A stretch of DNA of 64,000 nucleotides from Balamuthia mandrillaris (Eukaryota), in assembly GCA_031835245.2 (NCBI GenBank), contig JAVKOQ020000005.1, forward strand, positions 434,001-498,000, read 5' to 3'. The notes under the pieces were generated by a model that saw nothing but the letters and a program-made list of their open reading frames with translations, was not told the DNA's origin and did not search any database. This document shows, piece by piece, positions 34,199-47,085 of the stretch. The position numbers and the translations under genes were made by a program. Numbering within the stretch: the first letter of the stretch is position 1; every line of letters begins with the position of its first letter.

Positions 34199-37100
34199 GT
34201 CGTTTCTTTCTTTCTTTCTTGTCGTTTCTTTCTTTCTTTCTTTCTTCATGCCCACTATTCTTTTCATCTTTCCTTCTTTTTTTCTTTTTTGTTTGTTTGT
34301 TTGTTTGTTTTTTTTTTGAGAGTGTAACCAACTTGCTCACCGACTTGCTTTATTTGATAACATCAACAACACAAAAGGCACTGGCATTGGTACGACAGGT
34401 AGCATTGCTATAGCAGAAGCCTTGTGCCACAACTCTTCTCTTACTTCTTTAAACCTTTCCGGTACCAGTTGCTCCTTATACGCCCATGCTATTCTTTTAA
34501 CCAGCTTTGTTCACAACTCTCTTTTTGATTGTATCTTCTTTTGCTTTCTCTTAGGGAATCTTTTGGGACCAGAGGGAGGTAGGGCCGTCGCCGAGGCGTT
34601 ATGTCACAACACTACCCTCTCTGTGTTGCACCTTTCCAGTATGTAGAGTCGTTTTATTATCTTTTCGTTCTCATGTTTCTTTCTTGTTTCCCATTCTCTG
34701 TGACGGTTTTGATTCTCTACGCTTCGCACCTTACCTAAGTGTGTAATATAGGAAATGAGTTAGGCACAGAAGGTGGGGCAGCTATTGCTGAAGCTTTGCG
34801 ACAAAACTGTGCACTCACTTCACTTAACGTTTCTTGTAAGTCTTTCACGTTTTTTTTTGTCTCTTTTGTTCTCTCTTGGCGGTGTGTTGTGAAACAAAAT
34901 GAATCTTTCTAATGAACGATGAGTTATTTTACAGCGAATGAACTTAACGCGGAAGTAGGCAACAAACTACAAGCAGCTCTACGCCAAAACGTAACCCTGA
35001 CCGAGCTTGATATTGCTAGTATCGTGTCGTTTCATTTGTTGGTATCATCTGTTTTGGTTTATTCTCACATTCACGTAAATAGAAAATGACATTCCTGAGG
35101 ACATCCGGCAAGAAATAGAAGCTCTACTACGAACAGCTCCTGCCCGAAAACGACGAGCTGAAGAAGAGTCTGGCGAACGTCGACAAAGACAACAACATCA
35201 AGAACAAGCCAAACAAAAACGAAACCGATCCTGGCAACCGGAAGTATTAAGTCAAGCGTTAGCAAAACTTCAACACCTACGACGTTTACGGAGAGCTATC
35301 ATCCACTCTGAAGATCTTCGTTGCACTTTACTTCAGCAAGTTGCAAACAAGCTTCCATCTTCGCTTTATGTCGTTTTGGGGGAAGATGGCCCAATCGTTC
35401 AAGCTCAAGCTGCGAAAGAAACATTGGAAGCAATACAACAGGAGATCAGAGATGGAAATGCGTGGCCAAGAGATGAAGTTTTGAGAAGACGACAACGAGC
35501 TAGAAGGGATTTGATAGAAGCTATTGTTGCGGTAGAGGAGTGCTGGAAGGACCAAAACGTGGTTGCGATGCGGGAAACGTGTGTGGACTCGATCCAAAAG
35601 TTACGACAGAATCTTCATTCAGCTGAAACAAGCGAAGGACGCAAAAGAAAAGCGAGAGAGGAAGACGAAAAAGAAAGCGAAAAAGAAAACGAAGAAAGAG
35701 GAAGCGGGAGCAGAGAAGAGTGGGAACACCTAGCGAAAAGGCAGGATACTGTTCGCAAGCGAATGATGGGAATGAAAGAAGAAACAGAAGCACAAGTGAA
35801 GAAAGTCATTGAGGCGTTTCACAGAGTAGCATGGTCTTTTGCTGGTATCTTCACCACCTCTCTTGTCTTAATTTTCCGGCAACTCTCACACTTGAATGTT
35901 TCTTCCACGCCACAGAGGAATGCCAGGAAGATCCGACGGAGGAACAAGTGTGGGCTGACAATTACGTTGATGATCTTACAGCAACAATCGAAAGAGAAAA
36001 AGAGTTTTTGCAAAGCTCTTCCTTCCCAGCGACATCGAACCTATCTATAAAACAAGCCATTCGTCATTTGCAAAGCTTGTGTACAAGGATGCAGCAAGCG
36101 AACGCACTTATCACCGACTTAGCAAGAGAAAAGTTGCTTCTGCGATACATTCTTCGTCATCCTCCAGACGAAACCCGTTTGTTGGAGTTACGCAAGGTGG
36201 CAAAGAGGGCAGAACGAAAGATGAGAATCGCACAAGTGGAAGTGGAAACTGCTGAGAACGAACGGGAGAAGCACAGAGCTGCGGCAGTGTTAGATGCTGC
36301 CAAAAAGCATTGGCGAGAGCAAGGGCGATTGCTAGAGGTTGGGCCTTTTCTTTCTTTTCTGTTTTGTTCTTGTTTTGTTTTCTGTGTTCTTCTCTTTTAT
36401 TTTCTCGCTCTCTTCCGTGTTCTCTTCCCATCATTGAAAAACGGACAATTTTGAACAGCATGAAGCGTTACGATTAGTGGCAGCGAGCAACAACCACAGC
36501 CCAGAGCTTCGTTTCAAGCTTCAACACTTAGAATTAGGGTCTGTTGACTTTCTTGCTGTGGACTGTCCCTTCCGACGTCTGGAGCATTACGACCATCTTC
36601 AGGTCCTCCAAACTTCTTCGTCCGGTGCTTCTTCCCGCCACTGCATCATGCTTGGAACCTTTAACGACAAGCAATGCGTGCTGAAGGAATTCGACTTGAG
36701 TAATTTGGGAGACAGACAGCATTTCGTAAGAGAGCTGAAACGACTTAGACAGTTGCGACACGAACATGTCGTAGAAGTGGAAGCAGCATTTGTTCAGGAG
36801 GACCCTTCTGGGAGGAGAAGCAAAGGCTATATCCAAATGCCTTTTTACACAGGAGGAAACCTCTGTCAATGGTTGCAGAAGAGACGGACACCGTTGAGTG
36901 ACGCTGAGAAACAGCGGGTAGGACGTGGGGTGATGCTTGCCTTGCAGCACATTCATAGCAAGGGGATCGTCCATCGGGACTTAAAACCAGAAAATGTGTT
37001 CATTGACGATGAGGAACGAGCTATCTTGGGCGACTTTGATATAAGCTTCAACGTAGGTGGCGTTACCAATGCAACTAACATCGGAAGTAGAGGAGAAAGT

Positions 37101-38216
37101 GGAGGAGGCGGGACGTGGTCGTATATGGCTCCAGAAATGGCGACCAACGACCCAACACCAGCTGCGGATGTATTTGCATGGGGCCTCCTTATGTTTGACC
37201 TTCACTTTGCTCCTGAAGGGCTCAATGAAGGAGGAAGAGCTGCCGCACCTCGTCCTACTTTCATGGAAATGGTCAGAGGACAAGCGGTGACCGTCCCTCA
37301 ACATCCTGATCTTCAACTTGTGGATCTTTTACAACAGACTCTACATTTAAACCCAAAGCAACGACCCACTGCTGCTCAGTGCCTAAGTCACCCCTACATG
37401 TGGAGCAACTTGCACGCAACTAGAGTTGGTCTGAAAGATCTTCGCAAGTGTTTAGTTTGCATGGAAGATGATTGGGTGGATGAAGGTTTAGAATGTTGTG
37501 GGGACCGACATTCACAGCAACAAACCACCAACAGGCACTTCGCTTGCCCGGGATGTTTGGACGGATACGTAGTGTCGTTGTTAGACGTACCAGTGGCCAA
37601 GTTGGTGGCGGTGAAAGAAACGGACGACGAAGAAAGAGGAAGACGTACCAGTCATGTGCCTTGCATGGTGACCGGTTGCCGAGCTGATCCCTTCCCAATG
37701 GAACTGCTGATGGCACACGTGAAGGACACTGGAAGAAAAGCACTGATGGCACTCCGTTGCAAGGTGGAGGAGTTCTTGCTGGAACGTGGCTTTGAGGATC
37801 GTTTGAAGACGGAACGACAGATGTGGGAAGAAGAGAGCAGCACTCAGAAGCACCGCCGCTACATCATCGAGCACATCCTCACCCTGCAGTGTCCTCGTTG
37901 CCAACAAGCATTTGTGGACTTTGATGGTTGCTTCGCGTTGGAGTGCAATCGCTGCAATGCTGCTCTGTGTGGATGGTGCCTGCAGGACTGTGGCACTGAT
38001 GCTCACAAGCACGTACGGGCCTGTCCTTTCAGCTTCTTGGAAGGCGTTAAAGGCTATTTTGGAACCTTTGAGATGTTCAAAGAAGCACAAAGGAGAAGAC
38101 AGGTGCGATGGTTGGAGGAGTATGTAGGCCGATTGCCACCGGCGGAGCAGGAACAGGTGGTGGCTTCATTACAGCAGGAGTTGAACGACCTTGGAATTGT
38201 GCAATCTAGAACGTAG
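33786..38216 (+). CDS. LRR (RNI-like) - coiled coil - protein kinase - RING - Rcat(IBR-like) multidomain protein
   Basis: Exons 33786-33858, 33936-34019, 34378-34461, 34555-34638, 34752-34835, 34935-35018, then from 35083 joining the 35376, 35831 and 36477 frames. Motifs HRDLKPEN, LGDFD, YMAPE; CLVC..HFACPGC..PC...C; CPRC...DFDGCFALECNRC...C..C. Confidence 0.82.
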
Positions 38217-38586
38217 GGCGTTGCTGGAACGGATGACTAAGAAGGCCTTTTTTACCCTCCCATAGGGAATAGGGTTACTAAGTAAAGGTTGGTTGACTGG
38301 CAGCCTCATTATCTCCGGTAAGTTCATTCTCTCGGGCATATATATCAAAAATGATGCCATTGGTTGGCTTTAGCTGGTGGTTCACTCCGCTTTTGGGTTT
38401 CTTGGGGCAAGTGCTCATAAATATAACCAAACAAACAAATGGTGCGATTGGTGGACAGGACCCCAGGAACAAACAAAACAAACAGCTTGTGGTTTTCCTT
38501 CTCCAACTCTGTTTTTTTTTTTTTTTTTTTTTTTTTGTAATAAAATACTCAAATACTCCGTTCCAAAACTGTAAGAGACGCACACA

Positions 38587-39686
38587 ATGAACTCCCTTGC
38601 CTCCGTTGTGCTGTTAGCTTCCCTTCTGCTGGCTTGCTGGTTCTCTACCGCTTTTGGTACGGAGTTTTTTTCAACACTTCTATGTTGTTCTTTCTTGCTT
38701 TCTGCCTGGGTTCTTTGTACTTTTGGTGGTAACATAAACCCAAATAGCTTGCAGCTGCACCTTTTCCTCCTCCATTTACGAGTACAACAATTGTACCGAT
38801 GCGGGCGCAGAGTGCAGCAGCGATGCCTTTGATCACATGCAATGCACCGAGCTCTCCGCCTCCCGCTCCGTCATGGTGGACTGCGCCAGGAGGGTCGCGT
38901 TCTATTATAACGGCACGAGCTGCGAAGGGCATGTCATCTCCACTCTTGTTGATGGAATGTGTGTCATTAGCGACGCAGAGTTCAAGCATGCCCACTGGGA
39001 CGTGGACTGCGAGGGAAATCCGACTCCAAACGAAAACTGTGAAGCAGAGGAGGCGGCCTACGAAGAAGAATATTCTGGTAAGGATCTTTTTATGTTCTTC
39101 GTTTCTCTATAGTTCGTCGTTTTCTCGTTCTCGTTCTCGCTCTCGGTATCTCTCTTTCTCCTTCCATCGTTGCCTTTGCTATCCTTTGTTTCTCATTATT
39201 GGCGTTCGTTCTTGCTCATTCCTGTCCCTCTGTTTTGTTTTTCCCTCCCGAACAGACCATCCCGTTTGCTTCGTTTCTGCGATAGCTGACATGTTTGGCG
39301 AGTTCTGTGCGGTCAACGCCACTTTCACCACCGACGAGTCCTGCGAGTTCTACGGCTCCACCCTGAGCTTCGGAGCGGATTGCCAGAGGAAGCTGTTGTT
39401 CACTTACTTCAGCTGGGACTGTTCCGGCGCCCCTTACGTCGCCGCTCACAACCTCACCACCTTCAACGACCACGAGGGCGCCAACGAGTTCCCCATCACG
39501 CCAAGCTTTGGGGCGGACTGTGACGGCAGACCGATCGTCATTCCCGAGGATGGTAGCAGCAGCAGCAGCGGAAACTCGTCCGAAGAGAGCAGCAGCAACG
39601 CCAGCAACGACGGAGAGTCCTCCGACGACGGGCAGGGCAGCCCCGCCTCCACCTTGAGCCGAACCGTTGTTGATTTCTTGTTGTAA
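38587..39686 (+). CDS. Secreted or surface Cys-rich protein with Ser-rich stalk, 3 exons
   Basis: Signal peptide MNSLASVVLLASLLLACWFSTAF|A, two similar units (VDCARRVAFYYNGTSCEG / ADCQRKLLFTYFSWDCSG), S/D/G-rich tail, short hydrophobic end. Confidence 0.72.
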
Positions 39687-39843
39687 CTTTAAGTAAACTT
39701 TCGGCATTTTTTCGCAATTTTCGATTGTTTTCGATTATTTAGATATATTTATGGATTTTTGATTCGATTGAATAATTCAGAAATAGTATCGAAAATCTGA
39801 AAATTATTGAATAATCTCAATAAAAAAAGAGCTGGGAAGAAAG

Positions 39844-40580
39844 ATGAGGAGGCAACTGCAGCTGTTGGAAGGAGGCTGTGCCGGAGGGCGGTTCTTGTGG
39901 GGCACCAAAGGGACAGCCATGAGCTCGCTCGGGTTTGGTTCATCAACCATCTGCAATCCGTTCGCACGCCATAGCCTGTATGTCTTTTTTTTTTATTTCA
40001 CCTGTTGTTAACGAGGCACTCCACTCACCATCTGAAATAGAACCCGTGGAGCTCCACGAGCTCCTTCCGCTTTCATCTTTCATCGTTCCCGCTCCACCTT
40101 TCTTCCGTCTCTCCACCTTCGTTCTTCAAAGAATCCCTCCGCTCTTCTTCTTCGCATCGGCGCGGCCGCTACGTTTTCAGCTTCCTCTTTTCTACTCGTT
40201 TCTTCCTTTGTCCATGCTTCCTCTTCCACATCCGCTTCTTCTCCTTTCGCTGCTGTCTTTGCTCAGGAGGAACAACGTCAAGTGGCAGCAAAAGCAGAAG
40301 AACAAGAACAAGAGCGGCAGCCGGTGGATCCTTTGCAAGAAGACACCAGGATGAGTGTCTATGAGTGGATAAAAACGGTGTTGGGAGGTCTCTTCCTGGT
40401 GCCGTTGCGGCTGAGCATCATCGTGCCGAGTTGTTTGGCCACGTATGTATTGGTCAAGATGGGGCTGGTCGCGTTGAACGCTTTGGAGAAAGTTAGTGCT
40501 GGAAGGTTCAATAGAGAGCGATGGAGACAGTTGCTGTTCGCTTTGCCGCTTCGGTGCGTTCTTCTACTCCTATGTTCTTT

Positions 40581-40638
<58 letters not shown>

Positions 40639-40709
40639 GTCTCTCTGTCTCTTTCTCTCTCGCTCTCTCTCTCTCTTTCTCTCTCTCTCTGTCTCTCTGT
40701 CTCTGTCTG

Positions 40710-40791
<82 letters not shown>

Positions 40792-41711
40792 ATTTCTCAT
40801 TAACCGTACACAAAGGTGTATGCTTCGAGGAATGTTGTTTGTGACGGGATTCTACTGGTTAGAGGTAAAAGGAAGGCCAGCAGATCTATCAGAGGTGAGC
40901 ATCCTAGTTTGCAACCACACCTCGCAACTGGATCCTATTCTGCTACTGGCTGCCACTGGGCAGGTGCCAAGCATGGTCAGCAAAGCGTCCATTCAACGGT
41001 TGCCATGCGTGGGCGAGGTCGCCTCCGCCCTAGATTGTGTTTTTGTGGAAAGGTTTGTTCTCTTGCACTTATTCTCTTCGTGCTTGTCGTTCCGTTCTTG
41101 TTTTCGTTTCTTCATTTACTCTCTCTTAACAAACAAAACCATAGAATGGACGCAAAGTCAAGGGTGGCAGCGTTGGACGCCATCAAAGAGAGAGCAAAGA
41201 GAAAGCACGGACCACAGCTGTTAATCTTTCCAGAGGGTACCATTACCAACGGCAAAGCCTTGTTGAGCTTTCGTGCTGGCGCCGTACGTCTTGCAAACAC
41301 ACATAACAAACAACGACTGATCGAACACAAACAACTAAGTTCACACCAGGAATGCCGGTTCAACCGATATGCATCCGCTATCCTCACCAGCACTTCCACC
41401 CAACGTTCGTGGGGCACACCCTCCCCAAGGATCTCTTTGTCTTCTTCCGCATATTTTGTCAGCTGTGGAGCAGAGCCGAGATAACTTATCTTCCGGTCTA
41501 TCATCCCTCCGAAGAGGAGCAGAGCGATCCCTTCTTGTTTGCGCGAAACGTTGCAGAGGAGATGAGCAAGTATTTGCAGGTGCCCATTTCGGAGTTGACC
41601 TATCGAGATGCGTTGTTAAAGAGAGGCAAGGGAAAGGTGGTGCATGCGTCCTCTCTTCCAATGGACCCTATTCCCTCTCCTTCTTCTGTGGTGATGCCCA
41701 CAACAGCATAA
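39844..41711 (+). CDS. Lysophospholipid acyltransferase (LPCAT/LPEAT-like, PlsC domain), multi-exon; start uncertain (39844 or 39919)
   Basis: NHTSQLD, VFVER, LLIFPEGT.TNG..LL.F..GA, PVQPICIRYP, YLPVY.PSEEEQSDPFLFARNV. Confidence 0.85.
40582..40790 (+). repeat. (CT)n/(CTGT) intronic microsatellite
   Basis: About 200-nt CT tract inside an acyltransferase intron. Confidence 0.9.
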
Positions 41712-41926
41712 ACATAAAAAGAAGTACAGAAGAATGAAGAAGGAAGAACGAAGAAAGACGAACGAAGTAAAACAGAACAAAGAAAAAGGAAGAAGTAAAG
41801 AAGTGTAATAATAATAATAAATAAATAACACAAACGTTCGTTTGGAAGACCAAACAGAGAAGAGCAAAAAAAAAAAAAGGGTTGGGTTTGACGAGAGAGA
41901 ACGGACTGTTCTGCTGTTGCGCGGGT

Positions 41927-42053
41927 TCAGAGATACTTTTTAAGGACGACCACCAAAACGACGACTAAGATCACGAGGAGCAACAAACAGCACACACCGA
42001 TGCACAACATCTTGTAGCGCGCCGAGCAGGCCAGTTTGTTTGCCTTTGTTGAT

Positions 42054-42100
<47 letters not shown>

Positions 42101-42481
42101 AGAGAGAGTAGTTAGTTTAATGTTTTGTTGTAGAAATAAAAACAAATCAGGAAATCAAAACAGACAAGAAAGACAATCGGGAATAGAACAACACGTAACA
42201 AAAAAAAAAAGCAAACATACCACAACAAGTTCCTCGTTTGCATGCGCGGTATTAGCCACAGCAGAGGAGGTTTGTTCCTCGGTGATGTTGAGATGTTCGC
42301 GGCCCTCGTCGACGAGGTGCTTCATGTCGGCCATCACGTCTCGCAGGGCCTCCACGTCCTCGGCGATACCTTGCATGCCCCGGTTCTGCTCGTCGATGAT
42401 GGCCCTGTCGGCATCCAGGCCGTAGGAGCGGTCCACGCTCACCTGCTTCAACAGAGGCTCGTTCAGTCCGCGTTGCGCCAT
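41927..42481 (-). CDS. Minimal syntaxin-like t-SNARE (SNARE helix plus C-terminal TM), 2 exons
   Basis: IIDEQNRGMQGIAEDVEALRDVMADMKHLVDEGREHL...ANEELVV|ANK...ARYKMLCIGVCCLLLLVILVVVLVVVLKK. Confidence 0.78.
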
Positions 42482-42742
42482 TTGTTTTCGCTCTTTCCCT
42501 ATTTTTCTTTTTCTTTCCACTCCTTTTTTTTTCCCCTTACTTTCCAATTGAATCAGAGGGGCGTAATTGCTGCTGTCGACAGATATAAAGGGAAACGGGT
42601 GAGAAGAACAGGACAAACGGTTTGTCCAAGGCGGTGCCATGTTCCGTGCTAAACGTTGTGTCGGTTCGAATGACAAAAGATTGAAAAAAAAAAAGGGAAC
42701 GTGTGGGGCATCGCTTCGTGCTTCCCATTTTATTGTATTTTG

Positions 42743-45103
42743 TTATTTTTGTTGTTGCTTGAAGAGGTTGGCAAAGTAAGCATTTGACTTGCCCTTTGCG
42801 GCTGTTGTTGTCCTTGCTGCCGCAGTTTGGGTGGCAGTTCTACTCTCTGCCGGGAGGGCACCTGCGGCCGATGCCCCTTCACCAGGTTTCGGAGCGGGTG
42901 GTTTGTTGTCCGTCAGGCTGAGTTTGGCCCTTAGTTTCTGCGCTCGTGGGATCAGCGCAGTTGGCGGTGTCACGCGCGCGATGGCAGGAGCAGCGGAGCC
43001 TTCCGGTGCCTCTGGTGGCTTCGAGAGCGCCACATTGATCCTACGACCGCCGAGCAACGTTTGATCCAACTGTAACGACTTTTGAACGCTATCCTGTTGT
43101 TTTGCAAAAAAAAATAAGGAGTGAGTTCACTGTTGTTTGGAGACGTTTGGCTTCGAAAGATAGTTGATGCATACCTCATCTTCCCATTGAATGTAGGCAT
43201 AACCTTTTGGTTTCTGTTTCCTGTCTCGAATCAAACGAACGGCTTTGATCTTTCCAGAAGGAGCAAAAACTTGTTCCAACTCCGTTTCCGTGGTGGAGAA
43301 CGGCAAGTTGGAGATGAAGATGGTGTTCTTGTCGTTGTACGTTCGCGCCTTTCGCAGTTTCTCCGGCTTGCGAGGTACTTCACCGCTGGTAGCTTCGAAG
43401 GTGAGGGCACGTCCCTCCATCTTAAAGTCTGTAAGGTTGAGGGCTTGCTCTGCGCTCTTTGCGGTTGCCCATTCCACGAACGCAAAGCCCTTGGATTTGC
43501 CCTCTTTATTCCGCACTAGCCTTACTTCTTTTATTTCTCCACACTGCGCACCACAGAAAGTTAATAAATGAAATAAAGAAAAAAAAAGACACGACTGAAA
43601 AGATAGGCAAGGCAAACAGAGAAAGAGAACGTACCGCCTCTTTCAGAGCGGAATGAATTGCTGCCTCGTCAGCAGAAAAAGGAATTCCACTTACAAATGT
43701 GGTACGAGAAGATGGCGGTGTACCATCTGTTTCGACTGTGGCTGGCTGTGGAACCTCCCTTCCAGGCGTGGTGCTATCCGCGGTGGCTTTTTCGTTTACA
43801 TCTGTTAGAGAATAGAAAACCCGGTTAATTAATGTTCACACCGATTTGAAAAAGAAAGCATGCGACGTACTCTTCTTAGGTTTCTTGAAATCACGTTTGG
43901 TTTTGTGATCGTCTTCGTCGGCCACTGTTTCTTGTGGTTGCCGTTGCTTTTGTTCTTCGCCTTCTGCTGCTTCTTCTCGTTCCCACCGCTTTCGTTTCTC
44001 GCCTCTGGCGCCGTTATTGCTTTGTTGATTCGTTCGCCTTACTGCTTTGCGTTGCTTTGGTATCATAGCACTTCTTCCATCTTGTCTTCTTCTTCTTTGT
44101 GCTTGCGGTGGAACATAATAGCTTTGTTGTTGTTGGTCTCCGTAGGTTTGTCCTTGAGCATAAAGTTCCGCCTCTTTCTGTCGTATTTTGGCTATCTCCA
44201 CTCCTCGCTTGGAGCAACGAACGTAAGCTTGTTGCCAATCCTCAAGACTGCCATATTCTCTTTCAAAGTCCAGCCATGATGAAAAAACTTTCTCGGGCCA
44301 ATCGTGCACACAATTGCAAGCTCGCTTGAAAGAGGAACGGCATTTGTCCATCCAATCGTGCGATGCGACGGAACGGATGAGCGAGACGTACTCCAACCAG
44401 ATCTCACCCTGTTTGCCATGCTCTTTTACAAGGTCTTCCCACAGTTCGACACCTTTCTCCGGATTTCCTAGTTGACGAGCCTGTTGGATTGAACAAGCCA
44501 TTAGCCAACAGAAAGATGGGCGGCCAACAAAAACAATAACAAGAAAGAAACGACGTTGTACCTCTATGGTGCCCCAATAGCGCTGAAGTTTGGTAGCGTA
44601 ACCGCTCTCCGTATAATCTGGTTGAAAGAAGAAAACAGTGAGCTCACAATAAAACAAAACAAAACAAAACAAAACAAACAAAAGGGACAACGAAAAAATA
44701 GTATACATGATTTAAAAAAGTCAACAGCACGCTGAAAAGTTGAACGCAACAGTTCTTGTTGTTGCAGGCTTGATTCTGACGAAATAGCTACCTCTTTCCC
44801 TTTCTCCGCTGAACTTTCCGAAGAACCACGCAGCTGCCTAAAACAATAGTCTATGAATGCTTCGTAAATAGCAAGATAGCCTTCCGCTGATAATGAACCG
44901 CCACCAGCCTGTAATGCCTTTTCGAAAACAGCTATGTTGTTTATAACCAGTTGGTACCAAAACAAAGAAAACGAGAGAGACAACAAGAGAAGAGAGAGAA
45001 TGGCGCACTTACCTCTAACCTGGCTATCTGCTCTATTTCCTCTTTCCTAAAAAATAAAGTTACACGAGACGAGTATTAAATTAACTGTGTCATAGGCAAG
45101 AGC

Positions 45104-45143
<40 letters not shown>

Positions 45144-45792
45144 AAGAGAAGTACAGAGAAGCAGAGAAGTGGAATTCGAATATACCAAAGCACGGATGTA
45201 GGCAGGCCATAGAGAACCAGACCAAGGGCAATTTCGGACGGCTCGTTCATATACTGATATCGTCACATCGTGTACATTTTTTAGCTCTCGCTCCTTTGTG
45301 ATAAAACCATAAAAGTATAAGGTAATGAAAATTATAGAAGAGGAAGAAAGGAAAAGAACGCACAAGATAAGTCGCGTAATTGAACCAAAGCTCCTCTACT
45401 AAACAATAACTCTTTACAGCTCGTTCATAGAGACATTGCACTTGAGAGGGGTTTTTTTGTGCTTCCTCAAACTGAAGGTACGTCTTCCACATTTCTAGCT
45501 TGCTGTAGTCGGGCTCGCTTGCTGCAATCACAAATTGGTTAGTAGAGAGGAGAGACTGAGAGACTGAGTAGAAGTGAAACCTGATGTTTGCTCAGAACCA
45601 GCTATGCTTTGTTCATAAGGAAGTCTTTCTTTCAATAACCGAAGTGCCCTTTCATATGCTTGTTGCAACTGTTTTTCTTTACCTGCATCTGGTTCTTGGT
45701 CCACTTGTTCCGATTCCCACTGTTTGTACTCTTCCATCACTTCTTCCATATCTGGTATTTAATAAGGCAAAGTAAGAACAAAGAGAAGCACG

Positions 45793-45834
<42 letters not shown>

Positions 45835-46318
45835 ATACCCATTAGAGGAACAGCTAGCTCACGATGATACAGCTTTCTAACACGGGAGGGTTGGTCTTGT
45901 GAGGTTTCGTAGTCCCGGTAAGCTTTCCATAATTGATGAGCAAGTGGAATATGCAAACCCACACGGGTTAGTCCTTCCTCAAAGACTTGGCGTACACGCT
46001 CTGGGTTTGTGTCAGGCAGTTGGGCCACGTATCGCCCATACTCTTCCCACAGTTTTACCGCTATAATATTGTTGTGTGAGAGAGAGAGAGAGAGAGAGAA
46101 CAGAGGAACGAGATCCAGTTTAAAAAAACAAATAAGAAAAGGACGTGAAACGCAAAATAAAGAAGTAAACGACAAAGAAAAGGTACATTGGTAGTCAGCA
46201 AGTGCGCGTTCAAAGAGGCCAATGACCTGTTCCTGCCCAAACCGTGAGGTGGCGAGGCCTTGCTCGTCCTGAATCCACTGCTCCCATTCCTCTGGTGCGT
46301 AGAAGAAAAAGCAGGACA

Positions 46319-46389
<71 letters not shown>

Positions 46390-46809
46390 GTGAGGAAATA
46401 CACACAAGCGCAAAAGCGAATGAAAAAATGAAAGGTGAGAGCAAAGCAAAATACCTTGGGGCAAAGGGAACAGAGAGGACATCTTTTCTCGGGCCGCTCG
46501 TAGGGGTTCTATTTGGCCCATCAGTCGCAATGCAGATATCAGTTGGATGTGAGCTTCATAGTTATATGGTGCTTCTCTCACCTAAGAAAAAGGAGGAGCG
46601 AAAGAGTTAAAAAGAAGGTCCCAACGAAAGAAAGCAAAGACTTGAGAGGATTTGGTGGATACACGCACTTTCGCTTGGTATTCTTCCAATTCCTCCGCAG
46701 TCATCAAGTCTTCTTCATCCTCTGAAGATTCTTCCTCGTCTTCGGCTTCGCCATCGACCCCAACGTCATCCTCCTCGTCACTGCCGTACACCCCGTAGCC
46801 TTCCTCCAT
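42743..46809 (-). CDS. SART3: SART3/Prp24 U4/U6 recycling factor, multi-exon
   Basis: HAT repeats (PYNYEAHIQLI, LFERALADY, YERAVRNCPWSGSLW, WLDFEREYG), RRMs (KSKGFAFVEW, KPKGYAYIQW), C-terminal LSm-interacting motif KSNAYFANLF. Confidence 0.93.
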
Positions 46810-47085
46810 CTTCTTCCTTCGCTGTTATTCTAGTTTCCAAGGTTTTTTCATGACGACACGGAAATCTGGCATGGCAGTTTCTTCAGATCTGATCACTCGG
46901 ATCAAAAGTGCCAATCGGAAATCATATAATAACAAGAAAACTAAATCAAACAAACAGCAGAAGAAGAAGAGCAAGTTCTGGGGAAGGAACCATCCCTCAA
47001 GGCCAAACAAATACAAAAGGAGCTGAGCGGCACTATGCCACCAGCGTCACCAGCCATGAGTCCATGGCTGAAGGTAGCAGCTCCA

